From positions 5,270,001 through 5,334,000 of the forward strand of contig NC_043012.1 of the NCBI RefSeq assembly GCF_006345805.1: a stretch of DNA of 64,000 nucleotides. The letters are read 5' to 3'. Both the position numbers and the translations under genes were made by a program. Below the pieces are notes generated by a model. The model saw only the letters and a list, made by a program, of their open reading frames with translations. It did no database searches and was not told the origin of the DNA. This document shows positions 51,618-64,000 of this stretch, one piece after another (within the stretch, counting starts at the first letter, position 1; every line of letters begins with the position of its first letter). The DNA is from Octopus sinensis (lineage: Eukaryota).

Positions 51618-52192
51618 TATTATATATATTTATATATTATATATTATACATATATACATATACATATATATACACATTCATATACTTGTATATATATGTA
51701 TATATGTATATATATGTATATATACAATATATGTATATATATATATGTGTATATATATATTTATATGTATATATATAGATAGATATATATACAATATATA
51801 TGTATATATATTTATGTATATATATATATATATATATATGTGCATACATGCATATATACATATATGCGTACAATATGCATCACATGTGTACATATATTTA
51901 CACACATACACACACATACATATATATATATATATACATGCATCGACAGTAGCGATGATGACGACGGAAACGATAAATGATTGCAGAGGTGATCGATAAT
52001 CAATAAAAACTAATTAATAAAAGGGCGATCAACTTGAAAGTTGAGGTTAAATTAAGGACGGAATTTACATCTGATGTTTGCTTTCGTCCATCATGGCAAA
52101 TTGCCGATCTCATAGCAAAGTTAACAAACTAGAAAAGTAAAGCAAAACCAAACAAAAACAAACCATGTCAAAACAAACAACCAAGTAGTAGC

Positions 52193-52229
<37 letters not shown>

Positions 52230-52333
52230 AATGATTGACCTTTGCCCACCGCTGTGTATTTTGTAAAAAGTTTGCGTCTGGGGATGTGTATGATGGCCGT
52301 GTCTCTATGGGGAGAAGAGCTACGTGTACAGTC

Positions 52334-52384
<51 letters not shown>

Positions 52385-52504
52385 GTGTGTGTGTGTGTTG
52401 TGTGTGTGTAGTTGTGGGGTGGGGTGGAATGTTTACTTCGTTTAGGCCTGTATGTTTACGCATACACTTCTACACAAACACACACATAGACATCCATACA
52501 TACG

Positions 52505-52541
<37 letters not shown>

Positions 52542-52550
52542 AAATGGATA

Positions 52551-52581
<31 letters not shown>

Positions 52582-52735
52582 ATATGTATAAATGGATATA
52601 TATATATATATATATATGCATATATATATATATATATACATATACATAAATATATACACACACATAAATGCATTATATACATAAATTTTTACATATACAT
52701 ACAAATATATACGCACATATGCATATATATATTCA

Positions 52736-52773
<38 letters not shown>

Positions 52774-53380
52774 GTGTGTGTGTGTGCATGCGTGTGTATT
52801 CGTGTAAACAGTCCTGTATCTGTGTTTATAGATATATGTGAGTTTGTCTCCTTATAGACGTTGCTGATTGGCGGTGATTGAATTCTAGTCTGTACGTACG
52901 TCTGTACGTACGTGTGTACGTACGTGTGTACGTACGTGTGTACGAACGTGTGCGCGCGCATGAGTATGTTTTCATCTGCAGACAAGGATACGATACTGAA
53001 AAACTCATAAACACTTTTTGGTTTAATCATAAGTTTGATTAAAATGAAATGATGCCTGGATGGTTGGTGGGAATGTTGTGTATCTGTGTGATATAGAAGA
53101 AAATGTAGTCCGTGTGCGTGTGTGTATATGGTGTAAGTTTTGTCTGCGTGTGTATGTGTATATTGTAAAGTTTTATTCTGTGATTGCGTACGTGTGTGTG
53201 TTTATAGTGTTTGATCTGTTTGCACGTACGTACAGCAGAAATTTTGTGTGTGTGCGTGTGTGTACGTGTGTGTGCATGTGAACGTGTGCGAGAGTGTTTA
53301 TAGAAGAGACTGGGTCTGTGTACGTACTTGCTACAGTAGAAAGTTTAATCTATGTAAAGTAGAGATTTGTTCTGTGTGTG

Positions 53381-53421
<41 letters not shown>

Positions 53422-54030
53422 ATGCGCGTGCATAATGGATGATTGGTCTTTGTTTATGCGCGTGTGTGTATTTGTATATTGCCGGTTAGTTCCACGTGTG
53501 TGTATAATGGAAGTTAATTTTATGTGTACATTTAGAGGTTTGTTTTGTGTTTGTATTATATGTATAAATATGGCATGTGCTATACTTATAGAATGCTCTA
53601 TATACTAGCGCTGTACCGCAAGGTTGTTGATGTTGTTGTTGTTGTTGTTGTTGTTGTTAATAAGCGACAGGTCAGCACTGGTTACCAGGCCCCGCCATTG
53701 AGCAAAGCACTTTATTTCACGTTACTCGAGTCTAGCCACCAGAAAATTAAACCTAGAATCAGCAAATTAACCTTGTGACGGACTGACATTCAGGATTAAG
53801 CCTTCTATTCTCAGTCTCTTAAAAACCTCAGAAAGACGGATCAGAAGTTCCGGCCTAAATAAACCCTGAAGACTCTGTCTAGACACATTAAGGTTGAACA
53901 TCAATAGTAATGAGAGCAGATAGCTTCTCTAGTCAAAGACGATCAAACTGTGATTATGAGCGAATCGTCACTGTACAAAATTCTGTTGGATCAATGTTGA
54001 CTTCAGGGAGACTAACAACAGTAACACACA

Positions 54031-54103
<73 letters not shown>

Positions 54104-54135
54104 CACGCACACACACACACTCAAATACAATTATA

Positions 54136-54806
54136 TCAGGTCATCCCATAAGTACTGTCCGATTTCACCTTTTTTTAAATTGAATGAAATTTAATAGTAT
54201 TTTAGTATGTCAAATGGAATTTAAAATTATTTTTATGCATTTTTGTGCATTTAAACTAATTAAATATTATTTTTACAGAATAATAGAATTAAAAGTTTCT
54301 TTTGATTAAAACCCTTCTAACATGGAAGTATCCAAAGAGCATTTGGAGGCGCATAATGCTTTATGAGTACAAAAAAGGAACTCTGCTGCAGCGAAGCGAC
54401 TCGAACAATCACTCAGTTGGTGGAAAAATGCTTGAATGAAAGAACTTGCAGAAGATGGCTTGCAAAATTCAGAAGTGGAGATTTCAGCCTTGATGCTGAA
54501 GATCGAACAGGACGTCCAGTTGAGTTTGATGATAACCTCCTTAAGGTATTACTTGAAGAAAATCCTGCATTATCAGTTGAAGAATTGGCAATAAGGCTTA
54601 GTTCAAACCAAACAACTGTTCATCGTCATCTTCAACAACCTCATAAACTTGGAAAATGGGTGCCTCATGAATTGTCCGAAAGCAACCGCATATCCCGATT
54701 TGACATCTGCTCTTCTCTCCATTCTCGCGAACTCATATCACCCTTTTTGGATAGACTTGTGACTGGTGACAAAAAATGGATCTTCTATCGAAATGTTAAA
54801 CGTCAT
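54136..54806 (+). mobile_element. Mariner 5' half (left TIR and N-terminal transposase), truncated at a microsatellite
   Basis: TA then tcaggtcatcccataagtactgtccgattt; ATG at 54322; NERTCRRWLAKFRSGDFSLDAEDRTGRP, KLGKWVPHELSE, FLDRLVTGDKKWIFYRNVKR. A different family from 782-2065. Confidence 0.9.
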
Positions 54807-55134
54807 ACATATATATATATATGTACGTAAAAATGGATAGATAGATAGATAGATAGATACATACATACATACATACATTCATACATACATACATACATAC
54901 ATACATACATACATACATACATACATACATACATACATACATACATACATACATACATACATACATACATACATTCATACATACATACATACATACATAC
55001 GGATTACCACTTAAAACGTATGTTTGAAAACATTAACAACGAAACTTACGCACCACCCAAAAATCTCCTTCCACGAGGTTCGTGTCGTTCTATATTTTTT
55101 TTATTATTGAGGATTTTTTATGCAATTAATATTC

Positions 55135-55320
55135 TTTTATTCTTTCACTTGCTTCAGTCATTTGACTGCGACCATGCTGGAGCACTGCCTAAAGGGTTTT
55201 AGACGAACAAATAGACCCAGGACTTATTATTTGTAAGCTTGGTATTTATACTATCGGGCTTTTTTGTCGAACCATTAAGTTACGGGGAAGTAAACACACC
55301 AACATCGTTGTTCAAGCGAT
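55135..55320 (-). mobile_element. Family B SINE 3' portion
   Basis: cagtcatttgactgcgaccatgctggagcactgcc...aagttacggggaagtaaacacaccaacatcg. Confidence 0.8.
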
Positions 55321-55347
55321 GACAGGATTAGAAACACACACACACAC

Positions 55348-55389
<42 letters not shown>

Positions 55390-55574
55390 GTATAATATAT
55401 ATATATATATATATATATTATGTGTAAATACATTTGAATCGTTGGCGATTTCCTTCCTCCGTCTTGCCTTCTTTTGGACTTTCCTCTGTACAACGTCCTC
55501 GCGTTTTTTTTTTTTGTGTGGTTTGTTCTCTTTTGGATATATACATATATATACATATATATCAATATATATAC

Positions 55575-55617
<43 letters not shown>

Positions 55618-55668
55618 TACACACTCACACATATATAGATATATATACACACACACACACACACACAC

Positions 55669-55700
<32 letters not shown>

Positions 55701-56567
55701 ATTATTATAATATATATATATATATATATACATATATATATACATATATATAGTAATGAAAGAATGGAAGATGGAATATACGAGAATTTTTATTATTAAT
55801 CACGACAATTGTTTTAGACATGTCTAACATAGATCCCTCACGGGTGGAACACTTAACGGCTGGTTCAGCACTATCCGGGGGTGTCTATGTGTCTCACTGG
55901 GTGATAAATAGATACAACGCGTTAAAATAACAGTTCCACAATGCTTCTTCTCATTTCTTTGAAAGAACAGCAGCAAAACGAAGGAAATATCTTCCTTTAT
56001 ATAGAAGATCAAAAATAACATCACAGTTGCAAAAAAAGAAACAAACACGCAATACAGCGAGAAAAGTATTTAAAATAACTGTTAACAGATATGGATGTAT
56101 AAACGCCCTCGCGCGAGCTGCATTGCGCGTGTACACTAGCTCATACAAGCATTCGCGAAAATGTAAGAATACGCCCACGTTTGGCTTAGTACATTCACGA
56201 TCACAAATTCGATTGCTACTTGGTGTCGAAAAGAATGGGGAGATTAAAGCTAATCTTAATTCATCCACACCTTAAAGTAAATTATGTTAACAGTTGCTCA
56301 AATACATTCCCTCTGCATTATGCGAAAGTATATACGTGTAGGCTCTGGTCGGCCCGAGGCTATAGTAGAAGACAGTAGGACTGAACCCGGACCATGTGGA
56401 TGGAAGAGAAAGCAGAGGGGGGGGGACGAAGAGAGAGAGAAGGGGAAGACAGACTGACAACTTAATCTTGGTTTGGATTTCTGATCATTAGTTTTCATTT
56501 GATCGATCCCCCGAGCTACCAGGTTCGTTGTGTTATCGGCTAAGAAGTCAGATATTGTGTAATGTCG

Positions 56568-56690
56568 TCGAGATTGTTTGCTTATAAAATGAAAGACGGC
56601 AAGAATTGGAGATTGAGGCGCCAGCGAAATAAATACACGCGAGATGTTTCTTGGAAGGGAGATATTAGTGAAGTCACAATACTGTATAAT
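56568..56690 (+). repeat. ~120-bp dispersed repeat; partner at 62098-62215
   Basis: agattgtttgctta...ggagattg.ggcg.cag.gaaataaata...agatgtttcttggaagggagatat.agtgaag occurs in both places, each followed by TG-rich repeats. Confidence 0.85.
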
Positions 56691-57158
56691 ACGTGTGTGC
56701 GATTGTACGTCACGTCTCTGTATGTGTGAGTGTGTGTCTGTGTGCATGTGTATGTGCATGTGTGTGTGTGTGTGTGTGTGTATACATGCGCCACTATATG
56801 TAGCTCATTTATAAATATTCAAATATACATAGAGAAATGCCACAGAAAATGCATATTTATATATATATATATATATATATATCTGCATACACACACACAC
56901 ATACATACACACTCGTGTGTATGTGTGTGTATGTGTGTGTGGTGTGTGTGTGTGTGTGTGTGTGCGTGTGTGAATGAGGAGAATGAAGAATTTGAACATT
57001 CAAATTTTATGTTTATTTCCAGTTAATTTATTCTTAATGATAGTCCGACACGTGTTTCGATCGCACCAACTGCAGATTTCGATCGCAACAACTGTAGATT
57101 TATATGCAACAATATTTGGTATCTGCCTGGATATCATATCCCGCCTCTTACTATGTAT

Positions 57159-57268
<110 letters not shown>

Positions 57269-57548
57269 GTATAACCCCACAACCATCCCTTGTTCTACAC
57301 TAACATTTCTGCCACTCCACTGTCCAGCATTAATATGTCCAGCGTTGTCAAATTGTGACGCGGAATCGGTGTATATTTGAACTGCATGTGACAGTTACAT
57401 GTGTATATCTATCAGCTACATATGTGTGTGTGTCCGTGTGGGTGTATTAATGGAGAGATTCTGTGGATATAACACAGCCCGATTTGGGAATCGATCTCAC
57501 CACCTCATGATTGGGAGCCTGACATTCCGACTACTGAGTGAAGCACTT

Positions 57549-57595
<47 letters not shown>

Positions 57596-58340
57596 TACGT
57601 AAACATTATCAACCACACACACTTAAAGTATATACTCCGTGTATTAAATTGTAGCTCGCTATTGGCGTGGTGAAGAAAACTCTCTCGAAACGCCGGAGTT
57701 AAAAATGCCTGAAACATCGATGTTTCGCCATTTTTGTGGCTTGTCAATATCACATATTCGAACAAGATCACAGATGAATCACTTTGCCAGTCCAAGACTA
57801 ATATACACATGGCATGCAAGCCATGAGCGACTGTGCCCGGACAACGCATACATAAGAATAAAGTCAAAGATGGATTCGAAGCAGCGCAAGTGCAACAAAC
57901 ATTATCAAGAACTGAACGTATCTACTTCGTGTGTGTGTCGGTAGACTGCTAGCTGCGTGCCTGTCCACGACTCTAAGGTGTTCTAACAGCCGGCACTTTG
58001 AGAGGGTATTCTCCGCCACACCAAATCGCAGCCTACCTGCAAATACACGGGGTGTCTATTTTCAGTATATCGTGCTTCTATTTCATATTTGAATATATAT
58101 GCACACATATATATAAATATATATATATATACATGTGTATATTTAGGGATAACCACTAGGTGGATAAGCAATATGCTAGAAGAATATCACATACACATGT
58201 AAATATATACATGTATTGAAATTTTTTCTGATTTTTCAGATTTCTTTTATTATGCTAGGCTACTGGTTTCAAATTGATATTAAAATTAATATTCATTTAT
58301 CTCACTCATTATTTAAATTATATATATATATATTATATAT

Positions 58341-58410
<70 letters not shown>

Positions 58411-58694
58411 TACATACACATACACACACAAATGAGGATATTTAAACTCATGTAAGGAGAGTGTTACCACGATAGACTGGTTTAATATATTATATTTTGA
58501 AGGGATATTTCTTCAATAAATATATTACAAAACATCAAATATTATTAAGCTTGAAAATGGAGAGATTCAATGGATATAAATTAATTTATTATTTATTTAA
58601 CATTGCCTACAATTGTTTCACTTCGCAACCAATTTAAATTACAAAACATCTATAATAAATGTATAATAATCGTGCATATGTATGTATATATATA

Positions 58695-59251
58695 TCGGTG
58701 TTAAATTAATGGTATTATTAAATTAATATCAATTTTTCACCCTCATTTATAAATTTATAAATTTAATTATGCAGCAGTAAATATTTTATTTGATGCAGCA
58801 TACGTTTCCAAAGAGTCTTGGCATGCTTTTGGCGGGGAATTTGAGGCATAACTAAAAATGCAATTCGTTAAATCGCACGTGTTTTTGACGCTCGTGTTGG
58901 TCTAATAAATTGTATTTAAGACAAACCTCTGCTGATGATTTAGAGATGTTTATGTAAGTAAAATTACATATTACAGTAGTAATGAAACATTTGTTCAGGG
59001 TCAATCTATTTATTCGTTATTTCCTTTCACTTCCTTCCGTTAAATGTGAGTTATTTCTAATTGGAAACATCGTTTTTCGTGGCTATACTATCGGGGCTAT
59101 TTTTAGCACTAGAGTTATCCACATAGTGGTTAACTCTCTAATAATTTATGTATAAATTGTATTTTCTCCGTAGTTTTTTTGTGCTAAGCCACTCGGTGTT
59201 AAATTAATGGTATTATTAAATAATATCAATTTTTCACCCTCATTTATAAAT
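58695..59251 (+). mobile_element. ~498-nt-period element with 60-bp terminal direct repeats and an internal hammerhead motif (retrozyme or Penelope-LTR-like), set in TA repeats
   Basis: tcggtgttaaattaatggtattattaaat(t)aatatcaatttttcaccctcatttataaat at 58695-58754 and 59193-59251. Confidence 0.75.
58927..59000 (+). ncRNA. Type I hammerhead-like motif with extended stem II
   Basis: ctctg-CTGATGA-[ttta...tatgtaa gtaaaa ttacata...taat]-GAAA-catttg-TT-caggg: intact core, 5-bp stem I with one GU pair. Confidence 0.7.
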
Positions 59252-59258
59252 ATATATA

Positions 59259-59345
<87 letters not shown>

Positions 59346-59467
59346 TATATATATGTTATATATTATATGTATGTATGTATGTATGTATGTATTGTATATA
59401 TATATATATAGCAATACGCGCACACACGCATATATGTATGTATGTATGTATATATGTGTGTGTAAAT

Positions 59468-60036
59468 ATATATTCAGGGCAAGCTAGCACGTATTCAGGC
59501 CCACCTGCACGCTAGAAGACGTCACATGTCTCTAAACTACCGTAAGATACCACCATAAAACCATAAACACGCGTCTTCCTCGGGGAAATAAACAAAACAG
59601 ATTCACGAAACGGTTGAATTGCATATCAACTGATCTCAGGATTAAGGGGTAAACCCTTTTCCATCGTCAAGGTAATACAAACCAAATGCATATAAACACG
59701 AACAATTATATGCACCCATGAACACAACGGCTCTACGGCGCAAATACACTGTTCGTACTTATATACAAAACAAAAATACGAAATTCTGGTTCCGTTTATT
59801 TCGTCCACGTGTTAATAACCAAGTGATTTAGCAGTGAATAATTTTGGTTTGGGTGAAATTATATATTTCTAATATATTTTAAAATTTAGGTTAAAATCTA
59901 TGTTTAATTTTATCAGGTAGTTAGCAAGCAATCAACCGGTTAAGGTTAAATTAATACATTTATAAATATATATTCAGGGCAAGCTAGTACGTATACAGGT
60001 CCACCAGCACATTAGAAGAAGACGCCAAATGTCTCT
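59468..60036 (+). repeat. ~500-bp-period unit with ~70-bp imperfect terminal direct repeats
   Basis: tattcagggcaagctag.acgtat.cagg.ccacc.gcac..tagaagacg.ca.atgtctct at ~59471-59533 and ~59971-60036. Confidence 0.75.
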
Positions 60037-60051
60037 CTCTCTCTCTCTCTC

Positions 60052-60088
<37 letters not shown>

Positions 60089-60324
60089 CCGAAATACTAC
60101 GATGATCGGTCTCTGACTGAAGACTGAGGGGTTCGAATGTCCTGTCCATGTTATTGTATCGTCTTCTATGAGTATACGTTCTTGTCCATTGTATTTTTCT
60201 ACATACCTTAATATATATTATATATTATATAGTATTATATATAATAATATATATATAGATATATATATATTATATATACATATATATATATAATAAACAT
60301 ATAATATACATATATATACATATA

Positions 60325-60356
<32 letters not shown>

Positions 60357-61021
60357 GGTATATGTATATATATATATATATACATACATACATATTATTA
60401 TTATATATATATATTGTGTGTGTGTGTGTATGTATATATATATATACAAGGAATGAAAGGAAAAGGAGACAGGTAGACAGACAGAAGTAATGAAAGAGAG
60501 GAAGAAGAGAGAGAGAGAGAGAGAGAGAGATGAATGTAGGGCATTATGAAAACAGTGACCACTTTGAAACACTTATAAGTAATAAGTAGATTGTAATATG
60601 TTTCCATAAACAATTTTGCAGCAGACGATCTCCGGTAACGGATTTTTTTCTCGTTTACTATCACGACGTGGCGTGACTACTGAACTTCCGGTCTGATTTG
60701 AACGGTCACATCTTTGTTTCCTGTCGGTTGATGAATTGGCAGAGCCTTCACTGGAAAATTCACGAATATTTCTTTGGTTTTAATGATCAGCGAGCATATG
60801 AAACATCAAATTCCTCTAAATGTCCAATACTCTATCAAATCTGACCTCCTTGGGTCTCCTACAAGAATTTCTAAGTTTGTCTGTGAACGTGTGTGTGTGT
60901 ATGTGTGTGTAATTATAGATATATCAGGACGTTTGTGTATGTATATATTATGTATTATATATATGCGTGTGTATACATGTGTATATATGTATATATATAT
61001 TACACATGCATATATATAATA

Positions 61022-61053
<32 letters not shown>

Positions 61054-61060
61054 TATATAT

Positions 61061-61197
61061 ATTAATTTATTATATAGAAGGAGCTTCTACAGGACTAGTA
61101 CTGTTTCATTCAAGAGAAATCTTCAGGAAGCTTCTGAAGATTATATTGAATGAAAACAGTAAGTCCTGTAGAAGCTCCTTCTATATAATAAATTAAT
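61061..61197. repeat. 137-bp palindrome formed by two head-to-head hammerhead-bearing halves
   Basis: Perfect outer arms attaatttattatatagaaggagcttctacaggact / agtcctgtagaagctccttctatataataaattaat. Confidence 0.92.
61082..61132 (-). ncRNA. Type I hammerhead-like motif
   Basis: Minus strand agcttc-CTGAAGA-t ttc tctt gaa t-GAAA-cag tactagtc ctg-TA-gaagct: 6-bp stem I, 3-bp stem II, 4-bp stem III, GUA triplet. Confidence 0.72.
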
Positions 61198-61255
61198 TTT
61201 ACTCTGCTATGTATTGAGTACCTTACTACTGTGGTTAACCCCGAATCAACCCGGG

Positions 61256-61305
<50 letters not shown>

Positions 61306-62463
61306 CACACACCACATATTTACATATATGCGTGTGATGAGTCGATAGAAGCACATGTACTTATATGTGCACATATGTATAAAAACTTTATGTACTCTAT
61401 TTTAATATGTTAAACATATACATATATATGTATATATATATATATACATATATACATATATATATATATATTATATATATTATATATATATATATAATAT
61501 ATATATATACATACATACATATATATATACATACATATATATATATATAAATTTATATATATACACACACACATATATATGTATATATATGTAAATATGC
61601 GCATACATACATACACACATACATACATACATACATACACACATACATATATACATACATACATACACACATACATACACACTTACATAATACATACCTA
61701 CATACATACATACATACATACATACACACATACACACACACTTACATAATACATACATACATACATACATACATACATACATACATACATACATACATAC
61801 ATACATACATGCACAAATAGACACGCATATATTCATCATTCCCGAAACATCTGACACGGCGATGACCAGGCTTCAATTTCTAATGGTGAACTTTAGCATT
61901 TTAAACGAAACCTATTTCATATAGAGTACAACGGATGGCAGGCTCGCCAGCCACGTACATTGGTTTTGAATTAGCTGTCATAAACAACGCTTCAGAAAGT
62001 TGTTTAAGACTTTTATATCTGACATATATGTCCGAATTTTATTCCAGCAAAACAACATTAGATAAACAGTTGAATGCTGCTGTCTTAGACTTGTTGTCTA
62101 GATTGTTTGCTTACAGAATAAGAAACGGGAAGAACTGGAGATTGGGGCGTCAGAGAAATAAATAAATATATGATAGATGTTTCTTGGAAGGGAGATATCA
62201 GTGAAGATAAAATGTAGGAAAGTGTGTGTGCGTGTGCGCGCGTGTGTGTGGTGTGTGTGTGTGTTTGTGAGAGTGCGTAAGTATGAGAGTGTGAGCACGT
62301 TATACATATAATATTCAGACATACAAAAACACATGCGTACATATAGACAAACACGTATGCATCAATATAAATGTATATTCATAAACGGGCACACACACAC
62401 ACAAACACATACACTCATATACATTCAGATATGTATATATATATATGTATATATATATATATA

Positions 62464-62495
<32 letters not shown>

Positions 62496-62854
62496 ATGTG
62501 TGTGTGTGTGTGTGTACACATCTGTAGATATTAATACATATCTGTAATAAATTTATTTTAATAGTCTCAATACAAACATGCGTATATGCCTAGTATATAT
62601 CTGTACACACATACACATATATATATCGATATATACATGTATGTATGTGTGTATGTATGTATGCATGTATGTATATTGATATGCACTTTTACTTATATCT
62701 CATAAATTTATCCACATTCTGTAATTTCGTAATTGAAGAAAAGATAATATAATGAATATATGAATAAGTATATGCGTATATACATCGATAGCCATTTATA
62801 GATACATTCATATATACACACATATAAATATTCCAATATATGCACTTATGTATG

Positions 62855-62925
<71 letters not shown>

Positions 62926-63274
62926 TATATATTATATATTACTGTCACATATGTATATACATGTGTACATGTGTACAGAGGAGTCAGTGACCTTCTGTAT
63001 CTGTTTCCCGTTTGTGCATCATTTATTATGTCTTTAACTTATCATATATTTATGTGCACGCGCGCGCGCGTGTGTGTGTGTACACATTTATCTATGAATG
63101 TATATTTATGTGAGTGTATGTGTATGGGTGTATGGCTCCATTGCTAGCTGGCCGTGATGCAGTGAGAACCTGATTCTTCAACAATGCAAAAATACGACCC
63201 AGTTTCAAGTGATTCCTGAATTCAAACTTTCTTGATCTCGTCTTACAATTGTAATGGTACTTCTTCTTAAGCAC

Positions 63275-63648
63275 TCCGTCGGTTACGACGACGAGGGTTC
63301 CGGTTGATCCGAATCAACGGAACAGCCTGCGCGTGAAATTAACGTGTAAGTGGCTGAGCACTCCACAGACACGTGTACCCTTAACGTAGTTCTCGGGGAT
63401 ATTCAGCGTGACACAGAGTGTGACAAGGCCGGCCCCTTGACATACAGGTACAACAGAAACAGGAAGTGAGAGTGAGAGAAAGTTGTGGTGAAAGAGTACA
63501 GCAGGGATCACCACCATCCCTGCCGGAGCCTCGTGGAGCTTCAGGTGTTTTCGCTCAATAAACACTCACAACGCCCGGTCTGGGAATCGAAACCGCGATC
63601 CTATGACCGCGAGTCCGCTGCCCTAACCACTGGGCCATTGCGCCTCCA
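63275..63648 (-). mobile_element. tRNA-derived SINE, family E (related to C), apparently full length and young
   Basis: Minus strand ggaggcgcaatggcccagtggttagggcagcggactcgcggtcataggatcgcggtttcgattcccagaccgggcg (A and B boxes)...gatcaaccggaaccctcgtcgtcgtaaccgacggagtgc. Confidence 0.85.
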
Positions 63649-63799
63649 CTGTAATGGTACTAAGAATGACACGAACATCACACTATCTCAGACACTTGAA
63701 AGTCGGTTATAAAAAGCGCGGTTCTGAACTTATAAAACCAGCAGCGCAGATAGGCCACGCTCAGAGAATGAACCTAAACATAGTATATAGAATAATATT

Positions 63800-63996
63800 G
63801 GTTTCAAATTTTGGCACAAGGCCAGCAATTTTGCAAGAGGGAGTACATTGACCCCCGGTGCTCAACTTATATTTACCTTGTTGATCCCGAAAGGATGAAA
63901 GGTAAAGTCGACTTCTGCGGAATTTGAACTCTGAGCGTACTATTAATGCCGCGAAGAATTTACCCAGGGTGCTAACGATTCTGCCCGCTCGCCGCT
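63800..63996 (-). mobile_element. Diverged family A SINE
   Basis: gatcccgaaaggatgaaaggtaaagtcgac...gaatttgaactc...gctaacgattctgcccgctcgccgc. Confidence 0.85.
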
Positions 63997-64000
63997 TTTG

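Noticed and set aside
55951-56275. Overlapping 82-105-aa ORFs in CpG-richer sequence
   Set aside because: No recognisable motifs, splice context or codon pattern; the length is within chance expectation.
60095-60150. ctgactga...cgaat as a hammerhead variant
   Set aside because: It has an extra core nucleotide, an incomplete GAAA and no convincing stems I or II.
63560-63648. tRNA gene
   Set aside because: The A/B-box head continues into a SINE body shared with other copies and has no clean acceptor stem or terminator; it is a SINE head, as are the other tRNA-like heads.

Overview
Eukaryotic, non-genic-looking, repeat-saturated DNA, most likely from a cephalopod (Octopus-like). That assignment is an inference from the tRNA-derived SINE families, the extreme microsatellite density and the TTAGGG repeats. 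Nearly all ORFs in the supplied track are translations of microsatellites. No complete host gene is identifiable; there is only one candidate signal-peptide first exon (22527-22611, minus strand). Supported features: (1) a full-length but disrupted Hsmar1-like mariner (782-2065) inserted at a TA inside an older hAT/Buster-type transposase pseudogene; (2) further Tc1/mariner relics (maT-type 3' half, mariner MITE, mariner 5' half); (3) LINE fragments (R4/Dong-type restriction-like endonuclease, RTE, CR1-like); (4) about 30 SINE copies or fragments in at least 4 families; (5) a 13-bp minisatellite, a ~2.5-kb degenerate interstitial (TTAGGG)n array and a 100-N gap. The most interesting signal is invisible to the ORF track: at least eight type-I hammerhead-ribozyme-like motifs, intact to decayed, each with the CUGANGA/GAAA core or recognisable remnants. 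Most have a short palindromic stem III. Several share an unusual U.U pair at the base of stem II, and two have a GUU cleavage triplet. They lie in Penelope-like or retrozyme-like elements next to (TA)n tracts, including a ~498-nt unit with terminal direct repeats and head-to-head foldback arrangements. All alignments and folds were done by eye; family names rest on remembered consensus motifs, not database searches.
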